Shown here: one piece after another, positions 18,665 to 27,490 of the stretch
How the letters are laid out: every line of letters starts with the position of its first letter
How positions within the stretch are numbered: the first letter of the stretch is position 1
IMG/VR virus record: IMGVR_UViG_3300043451_000103
Location: 1 to 57,986 of that record
Origin: a virus
Taxonomy: Duplodnaviria; Caudoviricetes
Direction: 5' to 3' (one strand)
DNA: 57,986 bases
The notes under the pieces: model-generated
What the model was told of the DNA's origin: nothing
The model's database searches: none
What the model saw: the letters and a program-made list of their open reading frames with translations, nothing else
Position numbers and translations under genes: made by a program

Positions 18665-19354
18665 ATGGCAACTCAAGTACATAAAACAGCTACTATTGAA
18701 ACTATAGATGGAGTATCAATAGATATTGGCCCACTCAAAATAAAATTCCTTAGACAGTTTATGGACTCATTTGATATGATGAAAGATGCCCCAGACGATG
18801 GGCTTGCACTAACTTTTATGTCTGAATGCGTAAGAATATCAATGCAACAGTTTTTCCCAGAAATAGTTTCGGTATCGCAGGTAGAGGATAGGTTTGATTT
18901 ACAGACAATGCGAGAAGTCCTGCATATCTCTGCAGGTATTAGCGTAGATCCAGAAAAGGAAGATCTTGTAAAACAGGCAAAAGAAGATGCAGAAGGAACT
19001 TCATGGGAAAGCTTTGATTTAGTAACTCTAGAAGCAGAAGTATTCTCTTTAGGTATCTGGAAAGACTTTGATGAACTAGAGTCAAGCCTAACACTACAAG
19101 AATTAACAGCCATACTTGAAGCAAAAAGAGATAAAGATTATCAAGATAAAAAGTTTATGGCTGCACTTCAAGGGGTAGACCTAGATGAACAATCTGGTAA
19201 AAAAGAAGAGGATCCATGGGAAGCAATGAAAGCTAGGGTATTTAGTAATGGTAAGGCAGAGAGTTCAGATGACATATTGTCTTATCAGGGACCTAATGCT
19301 AATAAAGCTGGATTTGGAATTGGTATGGGGCTTGACTACGAGGATTTACGCTAA
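18665..19354 (+). CDS. Tail assembly chaperone, long (GT-like) form encoded in one frame
   Basis: Between tube and tape measure genes; N-terminal ~95 aa homologous to 19416..19733; C-terminal WKDFDELESSLTLQEL is gpT-like. ATG 6 nt after TGCTATAAT (track start 18662). Confidence 0.7.
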   Translation: MATQVHKTATIETIDGVSIDIGPLKIKFLRQFMDSFDMMKDAPDDGLALTFMSECVRISMQQFFPEIVSVSQVEDRFDLQTMREVLHISAGISVDPEKEDLVKQAKEDAEGTSWESFDLVTLEAEVFSLGIWKDFDELESSLTLQELTAILEAKRDKDYQDKKFMAALQGVDLDEQSGKKEEDPWEAMKARVFSNGKAESSDDILSYQGPNANKAGFGIGMGLDYEDLR

Positions 19355-19369
19355 AAATCTAGTTCTCTA

Positions 19370-19378
19370 TGATATAAT
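19370..19378 (+). promoter_or_regulatory. Extended -10 promoter
   Basis: TGATATAAT upstream of the short chaperone gene. Confidence 0.55.
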
Positions 19379-19415
19379 AATATAACCACACAGTATATGT
19401 TCATAAGGAGGAACA

Positions 19416-19733
19416 GTGTCACTAACTATAAATGAAGCAAAAACAATCACCCTTATTGATGGAACAGAAATTGCAATTAGACCTTTGAAGGTTTCTCTAC
19501 TTCGTCCATTTTTGAAGAAGTTTGAGGGTATCTCAAAGGTAGCAGACAACAATGACAAGTCTATGGATCTTCTAATGGAGTGTGTACAGATTGCTATGCA
19601 ACAGTACAAGCCAGAACTTGCAACAGATATTAAGGCACTAGAAGACAATCTAGATTTGCCAACAGTGTACCAGATCATCGAAGAGGCTTCAGGTTCGAAC
19701 CTTGGAGAGGGACTTGCGGCACTTAAAAACTAA
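19416..19733 (+). CDS. Tail assembly chaperone, short (G-like) form
   Basis: SD AAGGAGGA with GTG start; paralog of the N-terminus of the preceding gene. Confidence 0.72.
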   Translation: MSLTINEAKTITLIDGTEIAIRPLKVSLLRPFLKKFEGISKVADNNDKSMDLLMECVQIAMQQYKPELATDIKALEDNLDLPTVYQIIEEASGSNLGEGLAALKN

Positions 19734-19748
19734 ATGAGGTGCTAATTA

Positions 19749-22700
19749 ATGGCTGATATCCAATCAAATATCCGAGTCAATATAGATACTGCCGAAGCTC
19801 TGGCATCTATTAAGGCTCTCCAAAAGCAGATATCAACCTTCCAAAAGGAGATGGCAAGTTCTTCAACTGCCAACGCCATTGCTGCAAAGAATCTACAAAA
19901 GTCATTAATTGATGACATCAATGCAACTGGAAAATTCTCCGCAAGCATCAAAACAGTTAGTTCTACAACTGATACTTTTACAAGATCACTTGAGAAAAAT
20001 AAGCTCTCGCTAGGAGAGTACTTCCGCTATGGAATGGCTTCTAGCAAGAGCTTTTCTCGCATGTTCCAGACCGAATTTGATACGGTTAACAAAGTTGCTC
20101 GTGAAAGAGTAAAAGATTTACAAACACAATACATCTCTCTTGGTAGAGATGCATCAGGAGCATTGAGATCAATTGCTATTAGACCACTTGCTCTTGACAT
20201 GGAAGATCTTGGAACCAAGTCACAAATTGCTGCACAAAGAGCACAAATCTTTAACCAGGTTTTGAAGCAGGGATCAACAAATCTTCTAAACTTCGGTAAG
20301 AATACTCAATGGGCTGGTCGTCAGCTTATGGTTGGTTTTACAATTCCTCTTTCAATTTTTGGATCTGCTGCAGCTCAAGAATTTAAGAAAATTGAAGAAG
20401 CATCAATCAAATTCAAGCGTGTGTATGGAGATGCTTTTACACCTGCTGAGCAAACCAATGCAATGCTTGATCAAATTAAAAAGGTTGGTCTTGAGTTAAC
20501 AAAATATGGTGTAAGCCTTGATCAAACTCTAAGTCTTGCTGCTGACGCTGCTGCAATGGGTAGCACTGGACAACAATTAATTGCACAGGTTCAGCAATCA
20601 ACTAAGCTTGCTGTTCTTGGACAAACAGGAACACAAGAAGCATTACAAACAACTATGTCTCTGACAAATGCTTTTGGTTATTCAACTCAGCAACTTGCAG
20701 ATAAGACAAACTTCCTTAACGCAGTAGAAAACCAAACTGTTCTTAGTATTCAAGATCTGACAGAGGCTATTCCAAAAGCTGGACCAGTTATCAAGCAACT
20801 TGGTGGTAGCGTAGAGGACCTATCATTCTTCATGACTGCTATGAAGGAAGGTGGAATTAATGCATCTGAAGGTGCTAACGCACTAAAGTCAGGTCTTGCA
20901 TCACTGATTAACCCAACTGCAAAAGCTAGCCAAATGCTTCTTGGTATGGGAATTGATATGCAAAAGATTCTTGATACTAATAAGGGAAATGTATCTGGAG
21001 TTGTTGTAGATTTTGCCAAGGCACTAGATAAGCTTGACCCAACAACAAGAGCACAAGCAATTGAGCAGCTATTTGGTAAGTTCCAGTTTGCACGTCTATC
21101 AACATTGTTTAAGAACGTCGTAGCAGAAGGTACTCAAGCACAGCGTGTACTTGAACTAAGTAACATGACTGCTTCTGATCTTGCTGCATTGTCCGCAAAA
21201 GAGTTGTCAACAGTAGAGCAATCACCTCTATACAAGTTCCAAGCTGCACTTGAAAAGTTCCAAGCAGCAATGGCTCCAGTAGGAGAGCAATTCATGAAGA
21301 TGGTTACACCATTTATTGAATTTGGAACAAAGATTTTAAATATGTTTAATGGCATGACTGATGGAGCAAAAGGTTTTATTACCACAATCGTAGGTCTTGC
21401 AGGTGTTGTAGCTCCAGTATTTATTATGGCATTTGGTCTTATTGCTAACGCTATCGCAAACGGTATGAAGGGATTCATATTCCTTAAGAATGCATTGCAG
21501 GGAACTCTAAAAGAGACTACAGACCTTGGTGAACAAACCCAATACATGACAGCAGAACAGCTTCAGGCCGCTGCTGTTGCAGCCTCTCTTGACCAAGTGC
21601 ATGGAAAACTTATTCAGACATTTACTTCTGAAGCAGGAGCAATCGATAGACTTCGTAATGCAATGGAAATGGCTGCAGCTGCTCAAACCAGATTTGGTGC
21701 TCCAAGAGTTTCTGGTGGAGTTAAGCCAAAGAATTTTGCTAAGGGTGGAATGGCTGTATCAGGTCCTGGAGGACCAACTGGAGATAAGATTCCTGCCAAC
21801 CTTTCAGATGGAGAGGTTGTTCTTACAGCTGATACTGTTCAGCAAAATCCAGGAATTGTTGCTGCATTACTCGGTGGTGGAAAAGTCAAGGTACCAGGAT
21901 TTGCAGGAGGAACCCCACAAGGACAACTTTCATTTGGGGATAAAGCAGTATCTATTAACGCATCTCAGCGTGCAATTGATAGAATGCAAACCATTATTAA
22001 TGGAATTGCAGATGACTTAATTAAGGTAGATCAAAAGGGTGATGTGGTTGAGAAGTTGTTTGAATCTCTTGCAACTATGTCAGAAGAAGGAAAGGTCAAT
22101 TTAAAGAAGTTCTTCCAATCATTTGCTGTTGCTGCAGAAGATGTTAGTGGTCAGAATATTTCTAATCAAGTAAATAAATTCTATGAAAATCAGCTTAGCG
22201 TAAAGACAAAGCCAATGAAGTACTCTGCTACTGGTGTTGGAACTATTCAGCAACAGGCAGATAGAGCAGGAAGAGTAGATGAGTTAGAAAGAGCTAAGGC
22301 TCGTCTTGCTGCAGAAGAATCTCTAGGACTACCTGGTGGTCAGTACCAAATTGACAGAGCACACAGAGTGCCAGTTAGTGGTTCTGCAAAAGCATTCCCA
22401 GAAGCATGGGATATGAAGGGTGTAAACCTACAAACACACACTGAAAATCAAATATCTAACTATCTTGCAGGAGAGCAAAAGGTAAAGGCTTTCTATGACA
22501 AGTATATGGCAGAGCTTGAAAAAATGCGTTCAGAAGGAAAGGTTAGTGAAGAACAATACCTTTCTATCATGGATAAGGTAAATAATAACCTTGCACTTTC
22601 AGAAACAGAACTTGCTACTCAGGCAAAAATACTTGACAAAATAACATCAGAAGACGAGCAAGCCTGGGAAAGCTCAAAGGCAATGAAGAATGTAAAGAAT

Positions 22701-25700
22701 GACGCTAGACGTGCTGTTGCAGGTGCAAGCGTTGTTGGAGGACTGTCTTCAGATCCATCTATTGGAAATGCTTCACCACAAGAAGCTGCTGCCTTTACTG
22801 CAGGAATTGAAGCAGCTCAGGATAAAGTAAGAGCATCTGGAAGCCGTACAGTAAATAATTTTGCTGATGGTATTAATGCAGAATCAGAGTCACAATCTCC
22901 ATCAAAGAAAACCAGACGTGCAGCAAAAAATCTAGTTGACGGCGTTGTTGAAGCAGTCACAGAAGGTAAAAAAGATGTCAAAGCAGCAACACAAACTGCA
23001 ATGGCAGAAGCAAATAGACAAAACCTTTATGGTGGAAGACAACCAACATCAGAAGACAAATCTCTAAGACGACAAATTGAGAGAAGATCTGTTATTGGTT
23101 CTTCTGCAGAAAGAAGGCAGACTGCATTAGCAGAAGCAAGCAGACGGAGTCTTTATGGTGGAAATCAGCCAACGTCAGAAGATAAGTCATTAAGACGACA
23201 GACTCAAAGAAAGTCTGTTGTTGGTGCTGCCATAGAAAAGAGACAGCAAAAGAATACAGAGGCATTTAACAAGCAGCTTCAGCAATCAGTAGATAGGTTC
23301 TCTGGCTTTAATAATAAACTAATGGGAATCTCTAGCGTTCTTGGCTCTATTACAATGATTGCTGGTATTTTTGGTCAGGATCTAGGCGGTCTTGGATCAG
23401 TTATTACTGGTCTGTCAACAGCAATGTTTACACTGTCAATGCTAACTAATTTACTTATTGGAAAAGAAAAACTTGAGATAGGGCTTAAGGCAGCATCTGT
23501 TGTTGCATCTGGAGAATTCTCCAATATATTTGTTAAAATGGCATCAATGTCAAGAATGTTTATAATGGGTCTTCTTGGTATGAATGCAGCTACAAAGGTT
23601 GCTACTGGTGCTCAGGCTGCAGAGGCAGCTGCTGCTGGTGCAGGAGCAGTTTCAATTTGGTCAATGGTTTGGCCAATCGCACTTGTTGTTGCAGGACTTG
23701 CAGCTCTTGCATTAGGAATTAAGTGGCTAGTTGATTTCTTCAAGGGTGAGCAAGATAAGATTTCTGGTCTTGGAGATACGGCTGCTATGTCAGCTGAAAA
23801 GGTAGCTGCACTTGGAGAAGCTCTTGGTGTTGCTACTACAAATATTGATCTTGCAAGTCGTGTTGGAACAGCAAGTGGTTCGACTGGTGCACAACAAACA
23901 ATGCAGCAAAAGGTTGAAGGTGCAACCTATGGATCAGAAGGAAAGAGTTTTAAGGATTACTTTGCTGAAAATATTACTGCCGTTGGTGCAGCAACTAAGG
24001 GGGATGCAACAGCATCTCTACAATCACTAGCACTACAGCTTGGCAACTCTGGATTTGGTCCAGAAACTGTTGATGGTATTATTAGAGCGATTGCAGCTGC
24101 AGCAGGAAGAAAAGACCTAAACCTGCAATTCGCTAGCGTAAACCTAGGACTTGACACAGCAGAAGGAAAAGCACAGCTAGATTCTCAAGTAAACCAAGCA
24201 ATTACAACTGTTCAAGGAATTGCTAACAAAAAAGATAATGGAACTGCTGTATCAACTGATGATCAGAAGTCAATTAACGTAGCTGGTGGACAAATAGGCA
24301 CAAGCCTTCAGGCATTAGCAAATGGTTTTGAAACTGGAACTGTTGATGCAGCAACTTTTGTAGAAAAAATTAATCAAGTTGGAACAAGCTTTGCATCTTT
24401 GACTGACACGGCTAAAGCCCTTGCTCTTCCAGAAATTGCCAAGGCAATGGGAATGGAAGAAGCAATTAAGGATGTTAAGGATGTAAATGATCAATTCTTG
24501 ATTCTTCAAGCAGCTGCAGCAGGAGTAACCATTCCAGATGATCAACTAAAGATTTTAAAGCAAGGAAAATCAGCTGGAGATAAGTATAATAATACTATTA
24601 AAGCAATTAAACAAAGCATAACAACCACTGCAGCAGCAACAGAGTTGCAAAAGAAAGCAACAGATGCTCTAAATACATCTGAGGCAGTTGGTGCTATGGC
24701 AGCTCAAACTCAAACTAATATTGATACATATAGAGCTTTGCAGTCAAAGGAATTGACTGGTCTTGCACTTACAAATGCAGAAGCAATCAAGTATGCTACA
24801 AACGCTACAATTCAGGATGCAATTCAAAAGGTTGAAGCAGCCAAGGGTACAGATCAATATGCAACAGCATTGGCTAATCTACAAGAAGCTCTTGGAAACC
24901 TAGTGAAAGCAGACAGACAATGGGACAAGATTCAGTCAGCAGGATCTGGTCAAAAGTCAGCATACCAGCAAGCCATTGAATCACTAAAGTCACAAAGAAC
25001 TGAGCTTAAGAACACAGTAAATGCATATAAGCTTCTAAAGGGAGCACATATGACAGCTGGTGCATCTTGGAAGTATGCTAATGATGCAACTATAGCTGCA
25101 GGTTTGGCTAATGCTAAGACAAAGAAGCAGGTAGATGCCCTAATTAAATCAATTAAGGAATTAGAGAAGGCAAACATTAAGAATGCTTTTGGAAACTGGA
25201 GCAAGGAAAATGATGCTGCAAAAACCACTCTTGATAATCAGCTAAAGCTAGCATCTGCACTATCTAAAACTGGTGCTACTGCAGAACAAGTTGATGCTTT
25301 GCTATCAGATGAATATCTAGCAGCTGGTTTTAAAGCAGGAACAGTATCAGCAGAACAATTGCAGCAAGCTGTAGATAAACTCAAGGCAAATTCTGAAATT
25401 GAAATGAAGATTAAGATGCAGACTCCAGAGGGAATGCAGCAAATTTTTGATGATGCTATGAGTCAGGTCCAGGAAGCCTTTGACGCTCAGCAAACACAAA
25501 TTGAACTAGACTTTAAGCTTGGAACTAACCTCAGTGGTGCTAATGGCGAACTTATCAATACTAATGAAATTGATAAGATTATTGAAGGTGCTCAAAATGA
25601 AATTGATAAGAAGAACTATCAAATTGATGACCTTGATGCTGGACTACAACAAATTTCTTGGCAAGAAGAAGACATTAACAAGAAGTATGATGCAAGAAAT

Positions 25701-26852
25701 AAAGCACTTGAAAAGATTCAAAAGGCCAATGACGCAATTACTCGCCAAAATAAGGCACAGCTTACAATTGCTGATGCAATTACTCAGGGTGACATTGCTG
25801 CAGCTGCTAGAGCCATTGAGGATGCACGAGCACAGTCTGCAGCAGATGCAAGTTCTTCACAACAGCAACTACTTGATGATGCAAAGCAACAAGAGATTGC
25901 AAACCTTACAGATGCCCAGGGAAGAACTAGAGCACAACTTGAAGCTTCTATTAAAACACTTAAGCAAGAAATCTTTAATATTGAAGAGAAAACTCTTGAG
26001 CCAGCTACCGAAGCCAGAAGACAGGCAGACCTCAAGAAGCAAGCTGCCATTGATAGCATTACAGTTCTTGGTAAAAATAAAGATGAATGGGATGCTATCC
26101 AAAATAAGGTAGATATGGCACGTGTTAACTCTGATAAATATAAGACATCAATTAGTAACGCTTTGACTATGGTAAATGATCTAGTTGCTAAGTGGGGAGG
26201 CCTTGATGGCAAGGTTGTTACAACTACACACAAGATTATTGAAGTAACAGAAAAGGCAGGCTCAACTGGTTCTGGTGGTTCTGGAGGAAGTGGTGGTTCT
26301 GGCGGTAGCGGTGGTTCTGGTAGCACAGGTACAGGACCTGTTGTTGGAGATAAGAAGTATATTGGAAGTATGTTAATGACGTACACCAAGGAATTAGTTA
26401 AGGGAACTGGCGTGTACAATGGATCAACCTTTACACCTGCACAGTATCGATACATTTGGAAATCTAATGGTGGAATAGTTCCTCAATACTTTGGAAATGG
26501 TGGAGAGCCAAGGGGTACAGATACAGTTCCAGCAATGCTTACTCCAGGAGAGTTTGTAATGAGAAAGTCTGCTGTTGGCAAGTATGGTGTTGGAATGATG
26601 CGTGCTATGAATAGCGGAAGCTTTATGCCAGAAATGTCTGCCCCTGGAATTAGTGCTCCAGGAGGAGACACAGCTGCTCCATCAGTAGTTAATGGTGGAA
26701 AAAACTCATCAACAAACAACTCAGCAGTGTATAATTATAGTGTAAATGTAAATGTTGGTTCTTCAAATGCTGGTGCTCAAGAAATTGCAAATGCAGTTAT
26801 GGGCAAGATTAAAGCAGTTGAATCGCAAAAAGTACGAGGAGTTAGATTTTAA
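19749..26852 (+). CDS. Tape measure protein (2367 aa)
   Basis: Very long Ala-rich helical ORF after the chaperones; TP901-type core (GINASEGANALKSGL); GTDTVPAMLTPGEFV near the C-terminus. Confidence 0.95.
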   Translation: MADIQSNIRVNIDTAEALASIKALQKQISTFQKEMASSSTANAIAAKNLQKSLIDDINATGKFSASIKTVSSTTDTFTRSLEKNKLSLGEYFRYGMASSKSFSRMFQTEFDTVNKVARERVKDLQTQYISLGRDASGALRSIAIRPLALDMEDLGTKSQIAAQRAQIFNQVLKQGSTNLLNFGKNTQWAGRQLMVGFTIPLSIFGSAAAQEFKKIEEASIKFKRVYGDAFTPAEQTNAMLDQIKKVGLELTKYGVSLDQTLSLAADAAAMGSTGQQLIAQVQQSTKLAVLGQTGTQEALQTTMSLTNAFGYSTQQLADKTNFLNAVENQTVLSIQDLTEAIPKAGPVIKQLGGSVEDLSFFMTAMKEGGINASEGANALKSGLASLINPTAKASQMLLGMGIDMQKILDTNKGNVSGVVVDFAKALDKLDPTTRAQAIEQLFGKFQFARLSTLFKNVVAEGTQAQRVLELSNMTASDLAALSAKELSTVEQSPLYKFQAALEKFQAAMAPVGEQFMKMVTPFIEFGTKILNMFNGMTDGAKGFITTIVGLAGVVAPVFIMAFGLIANAIANGMKGFIFLKNALQGTLKETTDLGEQTQYMTAEQLQAAAVAASLDQVHGKLIQTFTSEAGAIDRLRNAMEMAAAAQTRFGAPRVSGGVKPKNFAKGGMAVSGPGGPTGDKIPANLSDGEVVLTADTVQQNPGIVAALLGGGKVKVPGFAGGTPQGQLSFGDKAVSINASQRAIDRMQTIINGIADDLIKVDQKGDVVEKLFESLATMSEEGKVNLKKFFQSFAVAAEDVSGQNISNQVNKFYENQLSVKTKPMKYSATGVGTIQQQADRAGRVDELERAKARLAAEESLGLPGGQYQIDRAHRVPVSGSAKAFPEAWDMKGVNLQTHTENQISNYLAGEQKVKAFYDKYMAELEKMRSEGKVSEEQYLSIMDKVNNNLALSETELATQAKILDKITSEDEQAWESSKAMKNVKNDARRAVAGASVVGGLSSDPSIGNASPQEAAAFTAGIEAAQDKVRASGSRTVNNFADGINAESESQSPSKKTRRAAKNLVDGVVEAVTEGKKDVKAATQTAMAEANRQNLYGGRQPTSEDKSLRRQIERRSVIGSSAERRQTALAEASRRSLYGGNQPTSEDKSLRRQTQRKSVVGAAIEKRQQKNTEAFNKQLQQSVDRFSGFNNKLMGISSVLGSITMIAGIFGQDLGGLGSVITGLSTAMFTLSMLTNLLIGKEKLEIGLKAASVVASGEFSNIFVKMASMSRMFIMGLLGMNAATKVATGAQAAEAAAAGAGAVSIWSMVWPIALVVAGLAALALGIKWLVDFFKGEQDKISGLGDTAAMSAEKVAALGEALGVATTNIDLASRVGTASGSTGAQQTMQQKVEGATYGSEGKSFKDYFAENITAVGAATKGDATASLQSLALQLGNSGFGPETVDGIIRAIAAAAGRKDLNLQFASVNLGLDTAEGKAQLDSQVNQAITTVQGIANKKDNGTAVSTDDQKSINVAGGQIGTSLQALANGFETGTVDAATFVEKINQVGTSFASLTDTAKALALPEIAKAMGMEEAIKDVKDVNDQFLILQAAAAGVTIPDDQLKILKQGKSAGDKYNNTIKAIKQSITTTAAATELQKKATDALNTSEAVGAMAAQTQTNIDTYRALQSKELTGLALTNAEAIKYATNATIQDAIQKVEAAKGTDQYATALANLQEALGNLVKADRQWDKIQSAGSGQKSAYQQAIESLKSQRTELKNTVNAYKLLKGAHMTAGASWKYANDATIAAGLANAKTKKQVDALIKSIKELEKANIKNAFGNWSKENDAAKTTLDNQLKLASALSKTGATAEQVDALLSDEYLAAGFKAGTVSAEQLQQAVDKLKANSEIEMKIKMQTPEGMQQIFDDAMSQVQEAFDAQQTQIELDFKLGTNLSGANGELINTNEIDKIIEGAQNEIDKKNYQIDDLDAGLQQISWQEEDINKKYDARNKALEKIQKANDAITRQNKAQLTIADAITQGDIAAAARAIEDARAQSAADASSSQQQLLDDAKQQEIANLTDAQGRTRAQLEASIKTLKQEIFNIEEKTLEPATEARRQADLKKQAAIDSITVLGKNKDEWDAIQNKVDMARVNSDKYKTSISNALTMVNDLVAKWGGLDGKVVTTTHKIIEVTEKAGSTGSGGSGGSGGSGGSGGSGSTGTGPVVGDKKYIGSMLMTYTKELVKGTGVYNGSTFTPAQYRYIWKSNGGIVPQYFGNGGEPRGTDTVPAMLTPGEFVMRKSAVGKYGVGMMRAMNSGSFMPEMSAPGISAPGGDTAAPSVVNGGKNSSTNNSAVYNYSVNVNVGSSNAGAQEIANAVMGKIKAVESQKVRGVRF
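22992..23246 (+). repeat. 126-nt tandem duplication inside the tape measure gene
   Basis: Two copies of QTAxAEAxRxxLYGGxQPTSEDKSLRRQxxRxSVxG starting at 22992 and 23118. Confidence 0.9.
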
Positions 26853-27490
26853 TGGCTACACAAGCATATATGGATGGTCGTAAAAAATACGCACGTCCAC
26901 ATGGTATGATGTGGTCAAAGCAACCACCTCTAATTATCAATGGAAAATATGTTCCATACGGACTTGAAACAAATGATTATGTTGATGCACAAACTCCTGC
27001 AGCCCTTCAAGATCAATTCTTGATTTTATCAGATGACAACAGAGAGCCTTTAGCATTTAAAACTAATCGTATTCAAACACGTAAACGTATGGTTAATGGC
27101 CAAATGCGTTCATACCATATTGCAGATAAACTAAACATATCTACTTCTTGGAGTCTTTTGCCATCTCGTGGATTTACAACATATCCAAATTTTAATACCT
27201 CAACAGGAGACATTGATCCACTTTTAGTTTCATCACAGATTATTACTTCAGATGGTGGAGCTGGTGGAGTAGATATTCTAAACTGGTATGAAAATAATAC
27301 AGGATCTTTTTGGGTATACCTATCATATGATAAATACAATGAATTTGCAAAAGATCAATTTAGGTATGAACGTATTGGAGAATATCCACAGGCAATTGAG
27401 ATGTATATTGCATCATTTGATTATGATGTCATAAAACGTGGAGGAACTCACGATCTCTGGAATGTATCAGTTTCCCTAGAAGAGGTATAA
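26852..27490 (+). CDS. Minor tail protein (distal-tail-like)
   Basis: Follows tape measure gene; C-terminal WNVSVSLEEV. Confidence 0.6.
   Translation: MATQAYMDGRKKYARPHGMMWSKQPPLIINGKYVPYGLETNDYVDAQTPAALQDQFLILSDDNREPLAFKTNRIQTRKRMVNGQMRSYHIADKLNISTSWSLLPSRGFTTYPNFNTSTGDIDPLLVSSQIITSDGGAGGVDILNWYENNTGSFWVYLSYDKYNEFAKDQFRYERIGEYPQAIEMYIASFDYDVIKRGGTHDLWNVSVSLEEV

Noticed and set aside
19715-19760. Frameshift or readthrough from the short chaperone gene (CTTAAAAACTAA)
   Set aside because: Not a canonical XXXYYYZ heptamer; the shifted frames close quickly, and a second in-frame TAA precedes the tape measure start.
26261-26335. GSGGSGG repeat near the end of the tape measure gene
   Set aside because: Ordinary flexible linker with no evidence of a separate function.
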